Assembly: GCA_040437565.1 (NCBI GenBank)
Contig: JBDOQK010000055.1
Location: 1 to 64,000 of the forward strand
DNA length: 64,000 nucleotides
Direction of reading: 5' to 3'
Source of the DNA: Albugo candida
Lineage: Eukaryota
Positions 53,487 through 64,000 of the stretch are shown piece after piece; within the stretch, counting starts at the first letter, position 1, and the number at the start of each line of letters is the position of its first letter. The translations under genes and the position numbers were made by a program. The notes under the pieces were generated by a model. It saw nothing but the letters and a program-made list of their open reading frames with translations, did no database searches and was not told the origin of the DNA.

Positions 53487-53730
53487 TGGGTCCGTACGCA
53501 GCTCAGTCGGTTAAGCACTTGACCGCACGGACCCCCTGCCGGCGGTCGTTACTTCGATCCCGGCAGTCTGGGCAGCGGCTTTGAGCCCACCCAAGCAATA
53601 AGCTTGGAAAATATCTGCCTCCCTAGGTTTGGAGTCAGACTTGAGTGATATTTACACGGTCAGGGGCTCATGATATAATAAGGAAGGTAATTGAAGAAAC
53701 AGATAAACAGTGAAATGAAATCCTTGACAA
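53487..53730 (+). mobile_element. SINE-like element, copy 6, with decayed 17-bp TSD
   Basis: Flanks AGTAAGAAAGTTCGTAT (53470-53486) and AGTGAGAACGTTTGTAT (53731-53747), 14/17 identical. Confidence 0.82.
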
Positions 53731-54107
53731 AGTGAGAACGTTTGTATGAGTGGAGCAACGCAATTCGCATCTTGCAAGTATAAACATAGTTATATTTTAA
53801 ACACTACAACACATGTGATCAAATCCCACGCCGTGAGCATACGAATGGTTAGACCATAAGGAGCATGCAATAGTTTGTGATATTCGAAGAAACATGTGAT
53901 AAGGTCACACGGGAATATGAATGTCGGCATGAGGAAGAAGTCTTGACTTGCTAGAAACGAGCCAAGAAGGAGTAGAGTTTGTTGTCTATGTGATATGAGC
54001 TCGGGTGNNNNNNNNNNNNNNNNNNNNNNNNNNNNNNNNNNNNNNNNNNNNNNNNNNNNNNNNNNNNNNNNNNNNNNNNNNNNNNNNNNNNNNNNNNNNN
54101 NNNNNNN

Positions 54108-56131
54108 AATTGATCCAATCACTGGTTCGCGTTATTGAAAATAGCCAATTGGCGTCGGTATATGCGAAAACATTGATGGAAGCAGTGGTACCGCATTTGA
54201 AAACAAAGGATACAGATCAAGAGGTCAAGGAAGCCGCAATCGATGCTGCTGGCCAGCTTGTGAGTAGTTTATTAGACGCATTGGGAGGTCGTGAGCACGA
54301 GATTTTGCTCGTGTTATCGGATCTCTTGAAGAATGAGAACACCCGCATACACGCGATGAAAGCAATCGGTACAATATCGCAGCGTATGGACATCTCAGCG
54401 ATTCGAAACGATGTGGTGAAGAATTTGGCGCTTTTACTCCGACAACAATCCCGAACTTTGAAGCAAATCGTGTTACAAACATTGACGGTGGTGATTTGCT
54501 CAAAAAGTGCAGAATTGGATCAGGGATTGGTGGATTCAACGTTGGCCGAAGCGTGTGTGCTGTTAAATGGCTCGGATTTTCAGTTATGTCGTCTAGCGAT
54601 TGAATTGGTGTTGGCGATATTAAGAACGACCTCAATTCATTCGGATGATATAATGTTTCAGAAGATCTTAGACAACTGTTTACAATTGGCCAGAAGTAGC
54701 ACAATGCAAAGTGAGTGTTTAGATGCATTGGAGCGATATTTTACACAGATTACAAAATTGTCCGTATCCGTTCCGAAAGTGTTTCAAGCACTGTGTGATT
54801 CTCAGGACACGTCCAAGCAGACACTGATTCATATCGCCCGATGTGTGGCAGCCTTATGTGCGGATTCCTCGGTATCCGATCCCTCCTATGTGATTCAAAG
54901 CTGTTTACAGGAATTGGATGCTGCTCACGATCCCTCGAAGGAGAAGCATACAATTCTGCCATTATATTGTATTGGTGAAATCGGTAAAAGGAATGTCATT
55001 TGGAGCGATTTTGGAAATGGTAAGGAATTACTGTTACGGTATTTTACAATGGAAAGTGAAGAACTGAAAACCGCAGCAGCATTCACACTCGGTAATTTAT
55101 GTAACCAACACAATCTAGGTTGCGTGGACCTGATTTGGAGCAAATTGGAAGGAGGGGAGCACACGTATCTGATGCTTTGTGCGTTGCGTCAAGCAATTGG
55201 TAATTGCTCGGATCGAGATTGGATGGGTCCATCGGATCGTATTCTTGGCATGCTCATGCGGTGCAGCAATTCTGAAGAGGAAGGAATACGGAATATGGTC
55301 GCAGAATGTCTTGGAAAACTCGTCTTTATCCGAACTGGCGACACTGTGAAATGTCTGGAAGAAATGAATCGTTTCGATGCTTCAAATAGAGAACGATGGA
55401 CAGCGATAACAGCAATGCGTGCAGCGATAACGAGCAATTGCGTGGAGGAGAAGCATGAGTCGGTGATCAAATTGGTATTCAATGAGGCAAAACCGCTTCT
55501 TGCAGCACTGAATGACAACGATTATCTCATTTGTCGTGCGGCGTTGATGACATTGAACGCATTCCTGCATCATTATCCTGATTTGGTGTGTGATTACGTA
55601 AAAGATCTCATGGCACTAGTTATGCGTACTCTTTCCATCAAATGTGAGCGAGTAGTAGATTTGGGCCCGTTCAAGCATAAAGTGGACGATGGTGTCGCAG
55701 TTCGAAAAGCGGGTTTTCTATGTTTTGAAACGACGCTGACCTCACATGCTTACGACTTGATCGAATGCCAAGTGTTTCAGTCTGTGATTGAACGAGGATT
55801 GGATGATCAAGAAGATATACAGATGCAGTGTCACGGTATTATAAGCAAACTGTGTCAAGTGAAACCTATTTGTGTCGTTCAGAGTCTATCAGTAATTCTA
55901 ACCGCGTTGCAAAAGACAATCAACAAAAACGTAAATGAAGATCATATAGGAACGCAATTGGAACGTACCAAAGATGTCATTCGGAGTGCTTTGCGCGTTT
56001 TGGACGCTATCAGACAAATACCCGAATTTAACAAACACCAGCAAATGATCAAACTGATGGAGGAAATTTCAAGAAAGCCGCACTTGCAAACAATATATGA
56101 CGTAATACAAAGGGAAAGATCAATGGGATAG
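54108..56131 (+). CDS. CAND1: Cullin-associated NEDD8-dissociated protein 1 (HEAT repeats), 5'-partial
   Basis: DTDQEVKEAAI, LKNENTR, EEEGIRNMVAECLGKL and VVDLGPFKHKVDDG..VRKA signatures. Confidence 0.93.
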
Positions 56132-56584
56132 GAAAGTTGTAGGGCTCGTTGTATAAGTGTGTTTGATCAAGTCAGTATCCAGTTTGTGTAATGTCGCATT
56201 AGAGGTCTTGTGCTCTCACCACGAGGCAATCTTACAGGCGATCGTATCTAACGTGATAACTAACGTGGTATAAGGTCACACTTGTTTCCTGTCTAAATCA
56301 ATACTTCAACGCCATTCACTTCGCAGATTCAGAGGGTACGCGGTTCTATCCTCGTTACCAACTATCGACTGCATGTTTTCGAAAGATTTCACGAAATTTT
56401 TGCGTGTACCGATACGAAGAGACAAATATTGCAAGTTCAAGTTGCGCCTGATATATCTGTATGCTTTTCTCTTACCGAAATGAATTGTCATCCTGTCGTG
56501 CACAATACTTTCACAACGATTCAATAAGCCACAACAGTGACACAATCATTTTTTCATTGTTCATTCCGAAGGCCAACAGATAAT

Positions 56585-58015
56585 ATGGACACAAAAGACG
56601 TGGAGCCCGGTACCAAGCCCGGTTTTGTGAGCTTACCATCGCCTGCAGAAAGTATCAAGCATGAAGATGTCGGTCATCCATCGGTTTTAACATTATTGAT
56701 GGTCTCTATGCCGCGAATGGCTATCAATGCAGCTTGGGCAGCACAATGGGCCGCTGTGGGACCTTGGCTGAGCACTATGATGCCCAATTGGACAGCCCAA
56801 TTGACACAGTTTGTGGGTCCCACAGTCGGGATTTTCATCGGTCCAATCATTGGCGCGTTAAGTGATCGATGCACGCATCGTACTGGTCGACGGCGAATAT
56901 GGATTCTATTTCCAGCTATCTTGAGTATTGTATGCTGGAACCTGATGGGTTTTACAAAGAAATTTGGTAGTCAGTTGGGCGATTACGGTGATGGAACCGA
57001 GGGAACACCAACTAATCGTAAGTGGACCACAATGCTTATGGTTTTCTTTTACATTTGGATGGATGTGACTGTGAATATCGTACAAATTCCGGCTCAGCTC
57101 CTTGTGGCTGATTTGGCGGGCGATCGACAGACATTAGGACAAGCGATCGGTCAAGGTTGGTCAACTCTTGGAGCCTTGAGTATCGCCGTTTACATTCAGA
57201 TTTTTGGACCGGCATATGAAACCATTCATTATTTTATGATTTTACTATCATGTCTTATGGGCGTTAGCATAACTGTTATGTGTTTGTTTGCAAATGAGAA
57301 ACAATTCGTTTGTTCGGATGGAAAATCGAAATGGAGTGAAGTTACTGGCGCATTTCTTTCCGTTTACGAGTGTGTGCGGACAATGTCTCGTACCCTTTGG
57401 ACCTATTTTATTATCGTTTTCTTCGTAATGTATGGGTTCACTGCATATAACGGTGGAAAAGGACAGTTTTTCGGGTATGAAGTTTTTGGTCACGAGTCTG
57501 CACCTGCAGACACGTGTGGAGATACGTGCACTCCCCGCCAAGAGAAATTCAACGATGGCGTTCAGTTGGCCACCGGCTTATCAGATATCTTGTTCAATGT
57601 GACAGGGTATTGCTATTCTTGGATGCTTCCATTTCTCGTCCCAAAATTCGGACTTAAATGGGTTTTGTTATGTTCTCTCGTTCCTCAGATTCTTTTGATT
57701 GCAATGGCGACCATCCGGGTGGCTATATTTGACGTAATCATTGTTATTATGACGGCATTGACTCAGACGGCGCTGGCTGCATTTATGGTTCCTGTGTGTT
57801 TATATGTAGCGGGCGAGGGAAAAGATGTTGGAATGAGTTTGGGCGCTTTGAATTCTGCCATTTGTTTTGGTCAATTATTTAATTTTGCGCTTTCCTCGAT
57901 GGTGGTAAGCACGAGTTATGGATATGCATTGCCAGTTTTGATTGGTGGAATAATGACAGCCATTGCATTCGTATTCGGAGCCTTTTGTTTCAAAGTCGAA
58001 ATTTATCGCATGTAG
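56585..58015 (+). CDS. GPH-family (SUC/SUT/SLC45-like) MFS sugar:cation symporter
   Basis: About 12 hydrophobic helices; GPIIGALSDRCTHRTGRRR, IWMDVTVNIVQIPAQLLVAD, GMSLGALNSAICFGQ. Confidence 0.9.
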   Translation: MDTKDVEPGTKPGFVSLPSPAESIKHEDVGHPSVLTLLMVSMPRMAINAAWAAQWAAVGPWLSTMMPNWTAQLTQFVGPTVGIFIGPIIGALSDRCTHRTGRRRIWILFPAILSIVCWNLMGFTKKFGSQLGDYGDGTEGTPTNRKWTTMLMVFFYIWMDVTVNIVQIPAQLLVADLAGDRQTLGQAIGQGWSTLGALSIAVYIQIFGPAYETIHYFMILLSCLMGVSITVMCLFANEKQFVCSDGKSKWSEVTGAFLSVYECVRTMSRTLWTYFIIVFFVMYGFTAYNGGKGQFFGYEVFGHESAPADTCGDTCTPRQEKFNDGVQLATGLSDILFNVTGYCYSWMLPFLVPKFGLKWVLLCSLVPQILLIAMATIRVAIFDVIIVIMTALTQTALAAFMVPVCLYVAGEGKDVGMSLGALNSAICFGQLFNFALSSMVVSTSYGYALPVLIGGIMTAIAFVFGAFCFKVEIYRM

Positions 58016-58098
58016 ATTACAGTTTACAGTCAGCACAGTTTTTCAAGTCGATTACTAGAATCACAAATAGGATATTAACAATATAATATTAGTTTTTG

Positions 58099-59887
58099 TT
58101 AAATCGCCATATACGTCGTTTTATTACTGTGCACATGAACTGGATCGTCCAATCGGAATGGTTGCTGAGTTTCCTCTTTTTGGTACTGTTTTCGTAATTT
58201 ACCACCAAAAACCGGCTTCAAATACGCTTCATCAAGATCCACCCACAAATTGCGAACGCTTCGACCTCGCAGGAGCGCTTTTTCTCCTTCCGAAGCTTCA
58301 TTTACCTGCGGTGCAATGCGATCGTCCAGAGGCTGTTGCCAGATCGGATCCAGCTCACACGATTCCGACGTTCCGCTCTCAGCAAGTGACCGTGCTTGCG
58401 CAGGTGTTTCCTCTGCTTGACCGAGTCCAAGCACCTTCAATAGTGGTCCCGTTGCGGCACCGAATATAACTGTTGTGAATAAAACGGTGGCAAGTGTGGT
58501 GCTTTGTATAACTGCAATGTGATCTTCATGTCCTTTGCGTCCATGCGCGTTCAATGACAACGCAAAAGCAATGGCTCCACGAGATCCCGAGAACCATATA
58601 ACTAGCATGTATCGAAAAGGAATCCGTCGACCTTTCTCGCGTCGCCAGCACACATTGGCGATGGTGCATAGTGGAAAGGTATTGAATGCACGTGACGCCA
58701 CACACGCTGTAATACTCGCCACAACAAACTTCCAATCCCATACAAATAAGTCGTGATATGCGATGAGACTGACGCCAAGATAAAAGTAGATAAAGTTTTC
58801 AGATAAGAAAGCCATTGTTGATAACAAATGTTTGAACGCAAACGAGCTGGCTTCGGAGATGTTATACATGTGATAATGTCGGATAAATACACCGCTGAAG
58901 AACACTGCAAGTAAACCGCTCCACTTGCATACGTCCGCGGCAAGATAACATGCATAACAAGATAACAACACGATACAAATCTCATAGGTTGGATGATGAC
59001 GCAATGCGACGTCGGAATGCTTCAGTAAGTATGCTGAACCATAACTGATAACTGCTGCTAACGCGACAGAGCCGACAAAAATGGTAATCAGTCGCATGAT
59101 GAGTTTGATTTTGGTGGCGATTGTCACTTCTGTGTTGCCTTGAGCCACGAAATCCTGAAAGATGGAAAATAAAACGATTGCAACAGCGTCGTTTAATACG
59201 CTTTCTCCAAATACCAGGTTAAATAACAAGGAAGGCGCATGACTCTTCTTGAACACAACCAGTGTTGCAACAGGATCGATTGCAGAAATTAACGCTCCAA
59301 ATAAGTACGCTTCTGCAGCTGTTAAAGACGTTTCCGTCATAATATGATATTGTCCTGCCCAATATAATAAGAAGCCGGTCACAAACGTAGCGATCAATGT
59401 CCCGATGACGGTTAAGAGAAGGATGGATGCAAAATTCATAAAGAAACCTCTCCCTTGCGTGTTAAATCCAGCTTCCAGTATGATTGGTGGTAATAAACCA
59501 TAAAATAAAACTTCAGGGCTCAAACCTGCACTAAGTGCACGCTATCACACAGCAGTGAGTTTATTCAAATTGCCGGTATAATATTACAGACGTACCGATT
59601 CCGATACAAACGATAAGATGCAGCCACACTACATAAAATACGGTTCACAATCATAATCAATTCACAAAGAAACGCACCAAAATGCCTAAAGCGATCGCCC
59701 AAGACGAAGTAGAGAATATCGGAGCGGTTTTTTGCCGATCAATTCGATACGCAATAGTCACTAAAGCGAGTTGGATAAGTGCGCATACTAACAATTCAGC
59801 GCTTGCCCATTTCGAATTAACAAAGTCTTCCACGGGAATCTCTGTCGTGTTGGACGCGGAAGCCAGCTTCAAATCATTCAACGACAT
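58099..59887 (-). CDS. CPA1 Na+/H+ exchanger (NHE/NHX-like); exons 59887-59678, 59628-59596, 59541-58099
   Basis: LFYGLLPPIILEAGF, FGALISAIDPVA, FGESVLNDAVAIVL, IWFSGSRGAIAFAL; two frame-preserving GT..AG introns of 49 and 54 nt. Confidence 0.92.
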
Positions 59888-60199
59888 TTCTTCCAAATAA
59901 GGCGGTTGGATATTTATGAGATATTCCTACATAACGCAATCACTGCGCTGACATTGCAGAGATAACAGTTATTGCCACACTAATATTAACCAAAAGCTAT
60001 CATCAGTCCATTCTCTCAAATGACAACAGTACATAGCTTCACCTGTCCGCTTCTTCAAGCCCATGCGCCGCCACAATGCTTGCGAGGAAACAGTTTCTAC
60101 ATGCATCTCTGATCCGCGCTACACCTTGACGCATTCCTTCCAGTATAGTGTATACCAACCAGTGTATACCTCACACGAGTGCTTGAGGTTATCTAACCG

Positions 60200-63100
60200 C
60201 TACCTCTCGTTACATGAGTCATCCTTCCTCACATTCTCAGCGTCTTGTTCCTCGGAAGCTTCCAAGTCGGCGATTTGTATTGCTTGATCGTGTCGCACCC
60301 ATCGCGCAGAATCATTGATCGTCAGTGCCAATAGCGCTTTTATTCCCAAGACAATATGCTCCACAATCAGCAGAATCCATAGACGGAGTACCCACACATT
60401 GTCATTCATTTTGTAGAAGCCCTTCAAGAAGAGCTGAACAAACGCATCAAAGTCGACGTGGCACGTGTAGAACAACACTGCGCAGTTGACAGCCACAGCT
60501 GCAAAGCTCATAAACTCCAAAATGCTCATCAATGTCCTTATTTCACACTCACTTTCAAAAAAAGGTCGCTTCTTCGCTTGCACACAACTCAAAATGTCGA
60601 GCCTCAGCGTGATGACATTTATTCCGAGAGCGAGTAGCGGGCCAAGCGGAAGCACTGACACAAACATTGTGACGTAGCCAAACTGGAGGATGATTTCCAT
60701 TTGCTTATCTAATAAAAGGTCGGGTTGACGCATTGCTTCCTGGAGGTACACAGTGACGGGAACAGCTTCATTGTCTTCAAATTTTGGCCTTCGATCGACC
60801 AAGTACCATTTTGTGACCAGAAACGAATATAAAGGAATATGGAAGCCTGCACGTCTCCACTTCAATCGTACAAGAAGAATCGGCCACAACATTCGTTCCC
60901 ACACGTACCAAAGCTGTCGAATGCCCATGATAATCACGAGTTGGTTTCGTAAATCAGTCGCATTTCGACGCACAAAGGCGATCCAAAACAGCGAGAGAAA
61001 TGCGTTTAGGAATTTGAACCAGAAAAGCTTGGTTGCTAAGACGGACTCACGTTGCCACACGGTCTGATGGTTTTCCCATCGCGTCAGTGCAATCGCCACT
61101 TTGGTGTAGATTGCGTCCAGGATCATCATACAAACAGCATTACACAAGGGAACTATGTAGGGAGTTCCCGTAAACGGAATGACCGCGAGCCAGGAATGTA
61201 ATGCTTTATCGACCGCTCCTGATTGTGTGATGAGAAATATGATGACGACCAAGACAGCCATGAACAGAAGAGCAGGGAGACCACAGTATATCCGGAAAAG
61301 TTGTATTCGTCTTGGGAATGTAATGTCGACGGTACCGAGTGAGATATCAGCGACCTCGAAATCGCCATAGTAATCTGCCACTTGCTCTTTCCGATTTTGG
61401 TGACAACTGCCAAAGTGAATGCAAAGTTCGCTTCGTTTTCGTTTCCAGAACTCTATCACCAGCGTCGCCCACACAGATACCAATATGGCGAATAACGGCT
61501 CCAGCCATTGAATATGAAACACTGTCCGAAGAAACTGACACAAAATTCCCGGAATCGCAATGAAAAGAAGCCACACAGTGTAAAATACAACAAACGCGTA
61601 GTAAAATGCATGTTTCTCGCCAAAATAATTCGCAAGTGGCCACAGGAAATCGTATGAAAACGATCGATCCTCGAGCAGCATCTGACGCGCAGTTGTACCT
61701 GAAAACGGCTGATAAATTGCTCCGCTGTGTACCATCATTCTGTAGAATAGAGACGCATTATGTCGCTGCGAATGAGATGCATCTGAAAAGACCCATTGCC
61801 GAAATATACTCTCAATCCCAAAGACATTGTGAAGCGGAAACAATTTGTGGATATTTCGATTGCGTAGATGCTTTTCCACGTGCACATCGATTTTCATGAT
61901 ATCGAATACGATCTGTTGTCGCTGTAAAGATGGAAATGGCTGGAATTTGGCTTCTTGAGCGCGTTGATAAGTCGATTTTTTCTTCGAATTGCGGTGTTTC
62001 ACATTCAATTGCAAAGTTTCCGCATGTTGCTGTAGGACACCTTCTGTGGCGCCTACCGCAACATACTGTTTTATGGACGGTGATGATGTCGAAAGGGAAA
62101 AGTGTGCAATGGCGTGTGATTTTAATGGAATCATAAGCAGAGACGGACTTTGTATGCTGGATTCTCGTAATGTCTCCATCAAAGAGCTTTTGAAATTCGT
62201 TTCGAAAGAGAATATCAGGATAAATTCCACATTTGCCTTTTTGTAGAATGTTTGTGAACGTTCAGCACTTTTATGTTCAACTTCAACCTTGGGGTCCATT
62301 AATAAAGATGGAAAGGAATGATCGAATAGGGAGCGAATTGGATCTTTTGCTATTTGAATAAGACAAAGACCGTCACTATTACAGTGTTCTAACTCCCACG
62401 AAAGACTGACTGCCGAAAGAGTGTTTGTCAGCAGTTGAACTGTATCGAATTGTCGTGCCATTGTAGCGACAAAAAGCGGTGAATCTCGATTGTGATTCAG
62501 CCATCCCTTTTTCAAATAAGATAGCGCGTGTAAGATATGCCTTTTCGTGTTTTGATCGTGCGCATTGGCGCCCCTGAAGTCGAGTTTTCCGTGCGGCGCG
62601 ATTGCATTCGTTTTGCGTTTGCGAGTAGTTTGCCTGTTATTGGCTAAAACACGATCCAGTAAAAGTCTCAGAATTTCCACCTCTCCACGCTCTGCTGCTG
62701 TGTGAATCACGGATTGGCTTTTATTCTCTTCACATGAACATGTGTGCAGGGGAGAAATACAAACCGTTATGATTGACTCAATATCGCTTTCGAATATCTG
62801 ATTGGCTAAATTAGCACTCTTGTATTTCACCCAATTACGTTTCCTTATTTTGAATTGCATCTGTAAAAGCGCTGAAACAGAGCGAGTCATCCCGAAGCAC
62901 GCGGTCCAATACAGCAAGTGCTGGCCATAGCGTAGAATATCAATACATGTGAATCCATTGCGTAGTACCGGCTCTAAATGCCGTCGGTAGTGATGGTTTT
63001 TCCGAATGATCTCGTGTGGCAATCTCGCGCCCATTTCTTTGGCGTACTGAATCCATTGTGCCCCATTTTCAATGAATTCATTCGCTAGTACATCAATCAC

Positions 63101-63979
63101 ACGGACTGGATCAAGCCGAGAGCGCCAAGCCTCTATCTCTGAAAGCTGAAATTTATCAGCAGAGTTTTTTTGCTGCTGTACTTTTCCCCTTAGACAGCTC
63201 CATTTCTTTTCATATGAAATCGCTCGTCGTCCTGCAACATCAACCGGATACATTCCGTCAACATCGCGTAACAGCGGAATGCTTCGCTGCGACTTTCCGA
63301 GTGCCTTTGGCTTCCGACTTGATCCAAGATGTGCGTTCATGTCCAAGAGGATAGAAGTTTGTTCATGATTCCCATTAAACGCACTCCAATGCAATGGTGT
63401 CCATCTATTCGTGTATTTGGGCACATTCGGCTGATCACCATAATAAAGGAGCTGCTTTGTGATTTCAATTCCATCATCAACGTGCTGATTCGTACAGCCA
63501 CAACCAAAGCAACTGATACACTGTAGTGGCGTATTTCCAAACATATCTAGCGATTTTGCGTCAAGTAACGTGTCTGGCGGTATACAATAGCATTCTGGAA
63601 GCTGAATAGTTGCAAGCGGAACGAGCACATTATCGTGCAAAGTTAACCGTACCTGAAAGAGTTGCTTAACATTATACGAGTTATGCGGATACATTATAAA
63701 CGCGAACGGCGATAGAAAAGCTACGGTTTGCTCCATCGAATACGACGGGAAGAAGACGTCACAGGATTCTCCGAGGAGAAGTCGCACAATGTTCATTTGC
63801 CCGCCGATGCACGCTGCATGTAAAGGACTGCGTCCTGCAATGCCTTTTGTGATCAAAATATCACTTGATGGAGGCCGTAAGGACTGAGACGGATCGATTC
63901 GGTCAAAGGTGGAGCCGTACAGTATGATCTCAAGGACACGCTCTTCATTTCCATTTTCGCAAGCTTCGAATAGATCCAT
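60200..63979 (-). CDS. Ankyrin-repeat / anoctamin (TMEM16) fusion protein, 1259 aa
   Basis: Ankyrin motifs GRSPLHAAC, GNTPL, WTPLHWSA, DSPLFVA; anoctamin motifs LFPLH, NYFGEKHAFYYAF, EFWKRK, LTRWENH, LQFGYVTMF, LLIVEHIV. Confidence 0.92.
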   Translation of the reverse strand: MDLFEACENGNEERVLEIILYGSTFDRIDPSQSLRPPSSDILITKGIAGRSPLHAACIGGQMNIVRLLLGESCDVFFPSYSMEQTVAFLSPFAFIMYPHNSYNVKQLFQVRLTLHDNVLVPLATIQLPECYCIPPDTLLDAKSLDMFGNTPLQCISCFGCGCTNQHVDDGIEITKQLLYYGDQPNVPKYTNRWTPLHWSAFNGNHEQTSILLDMNAHLGSSRKPKALGKSQRSIPLLRDVDGMYPVDVAGRRAISYEKKWSCLRGKVQQQKNSADKFQLSEIEAWRSRLDPVRVIDVLANEFIENGAQWIQYAKEMGARLPHEIIRKNHHYRRHLEPVLRNGFTCIDILRYGQHLLYWTACFGMTRSVSALLQMQFKIRKRNWVKYKSANLANQIFESDIESIITVCISPLHTCSCEENKSQSVIHTAAERGEVEILRLLLDRVLANNRQTTRKRKTNAIAPHGKLDFRGANAHDQNTKRHILHALSYLKKGWLNHNRDSPLFVATMARQFDTVQLLTNTLSAVSLSWELEHCNSDGLCLIQIAKDPIRSLFDHSFPSLLMDPKVEVEHKSAERSQTFYKKANVEFILIFSFETNFKSSLMETLRESSIQSPSLLMIPLKSHAIAHFSLSTSSPSIKQYVAVGATEGVLQQHAETLQLNVKHRNSKKKSTYQRAQEAKFQPFPSLQRQQIVFDIMKIDVHVEKHLRNRNIHKLFPLHNVFGIESIFRQWVFSDASHSQRHNASLFYRMMVHSGAIYQPFSGTTARQMLLEDRSFSYDFLWPLANYFGEKHAFYYAFVVFYTVWLLFIAIPGILCQFLRTVFHIQWLEPLFAILVSVWATLVIEFWKRKRSELCIHFGSCHQNRKEQVADYYGDFEVADISLGTVDITFPRRIQLFRIYCGLPALLFMAVLVVIIFLITQSGAVDKALHSWLAVIPFTGTPYIVPLCNAVCMMILDAIYTKVAIALTRWENHQTVWQRESVLATKLFWFKFLNAFLSLFWIAFVRRNATDLRNQLVIIMGIRQLWYVWERMLWPILLVRLKWRRAGFHIPLYSFLVTKWYLVDRRPKFEDNEAVPVTVYLQEAMRQPDLLLDKQMEIILQFGYVTMFVSVLPLGPLLALGINVITLRLDILSCVQAKKRPFFESECEIRTLMSILEFMSFAAVAVNCAVLFYTCHVDFDAFVQLFLKGFYKMNDNVWVLRLWILLIVEHIVLGIKALLALTINDSARWVRHDQAIQIADLEASEEQDAENVRKDDSCNER

Positions 63980-64000
63980 CGTAAGGTTTTCCGAACGTAC

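Noticed and set aside
54225..63540. Short ORFs antisense to or overlapping CAND1, the transporters and anoctamin
   Set aside because: Shadow frames of real genes with no independent support

Overview
Eukaryotic draft-assembly window, most likely an oomycete and probably Albugo-like. This is inferred from 36-55 nt introns, oomycete Inr/FPR core promoters and oomycete-type gene families. Nine 100-N gaps make adjacencies across them unreliable. The first ~54 kb is gene-sparse and full of relics: six copies of a highly structured ~245-bp Pol III SINE-like element, a decayed RTE-like LINE, a Copia RNase H plus 3' LTR, and a Tc1/pogo-like relic. It also holds pseudogene fragments (metallophosphoesterase, polyubiquitin, WD40, CAND1 N-terminus, CxxC effector-like) and two small secreted-protein candidates. 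An AT-rich island carries a palindromic ~73-bp tandem array ahead of an intact His/Cys-motif coiled-coil gene. A TFIIB-like/zinc-finger gene and two hypothetical genes also lie in this part. The last ~10 kb is gene-dense: CAND1 C-terminal part, a GPH sugar transporter, a CPA1 Na+/H+ exchanger and an ankyrin-anoctamin fusion whose Ca2+ site looks degenerate. All alignments were made by eye.
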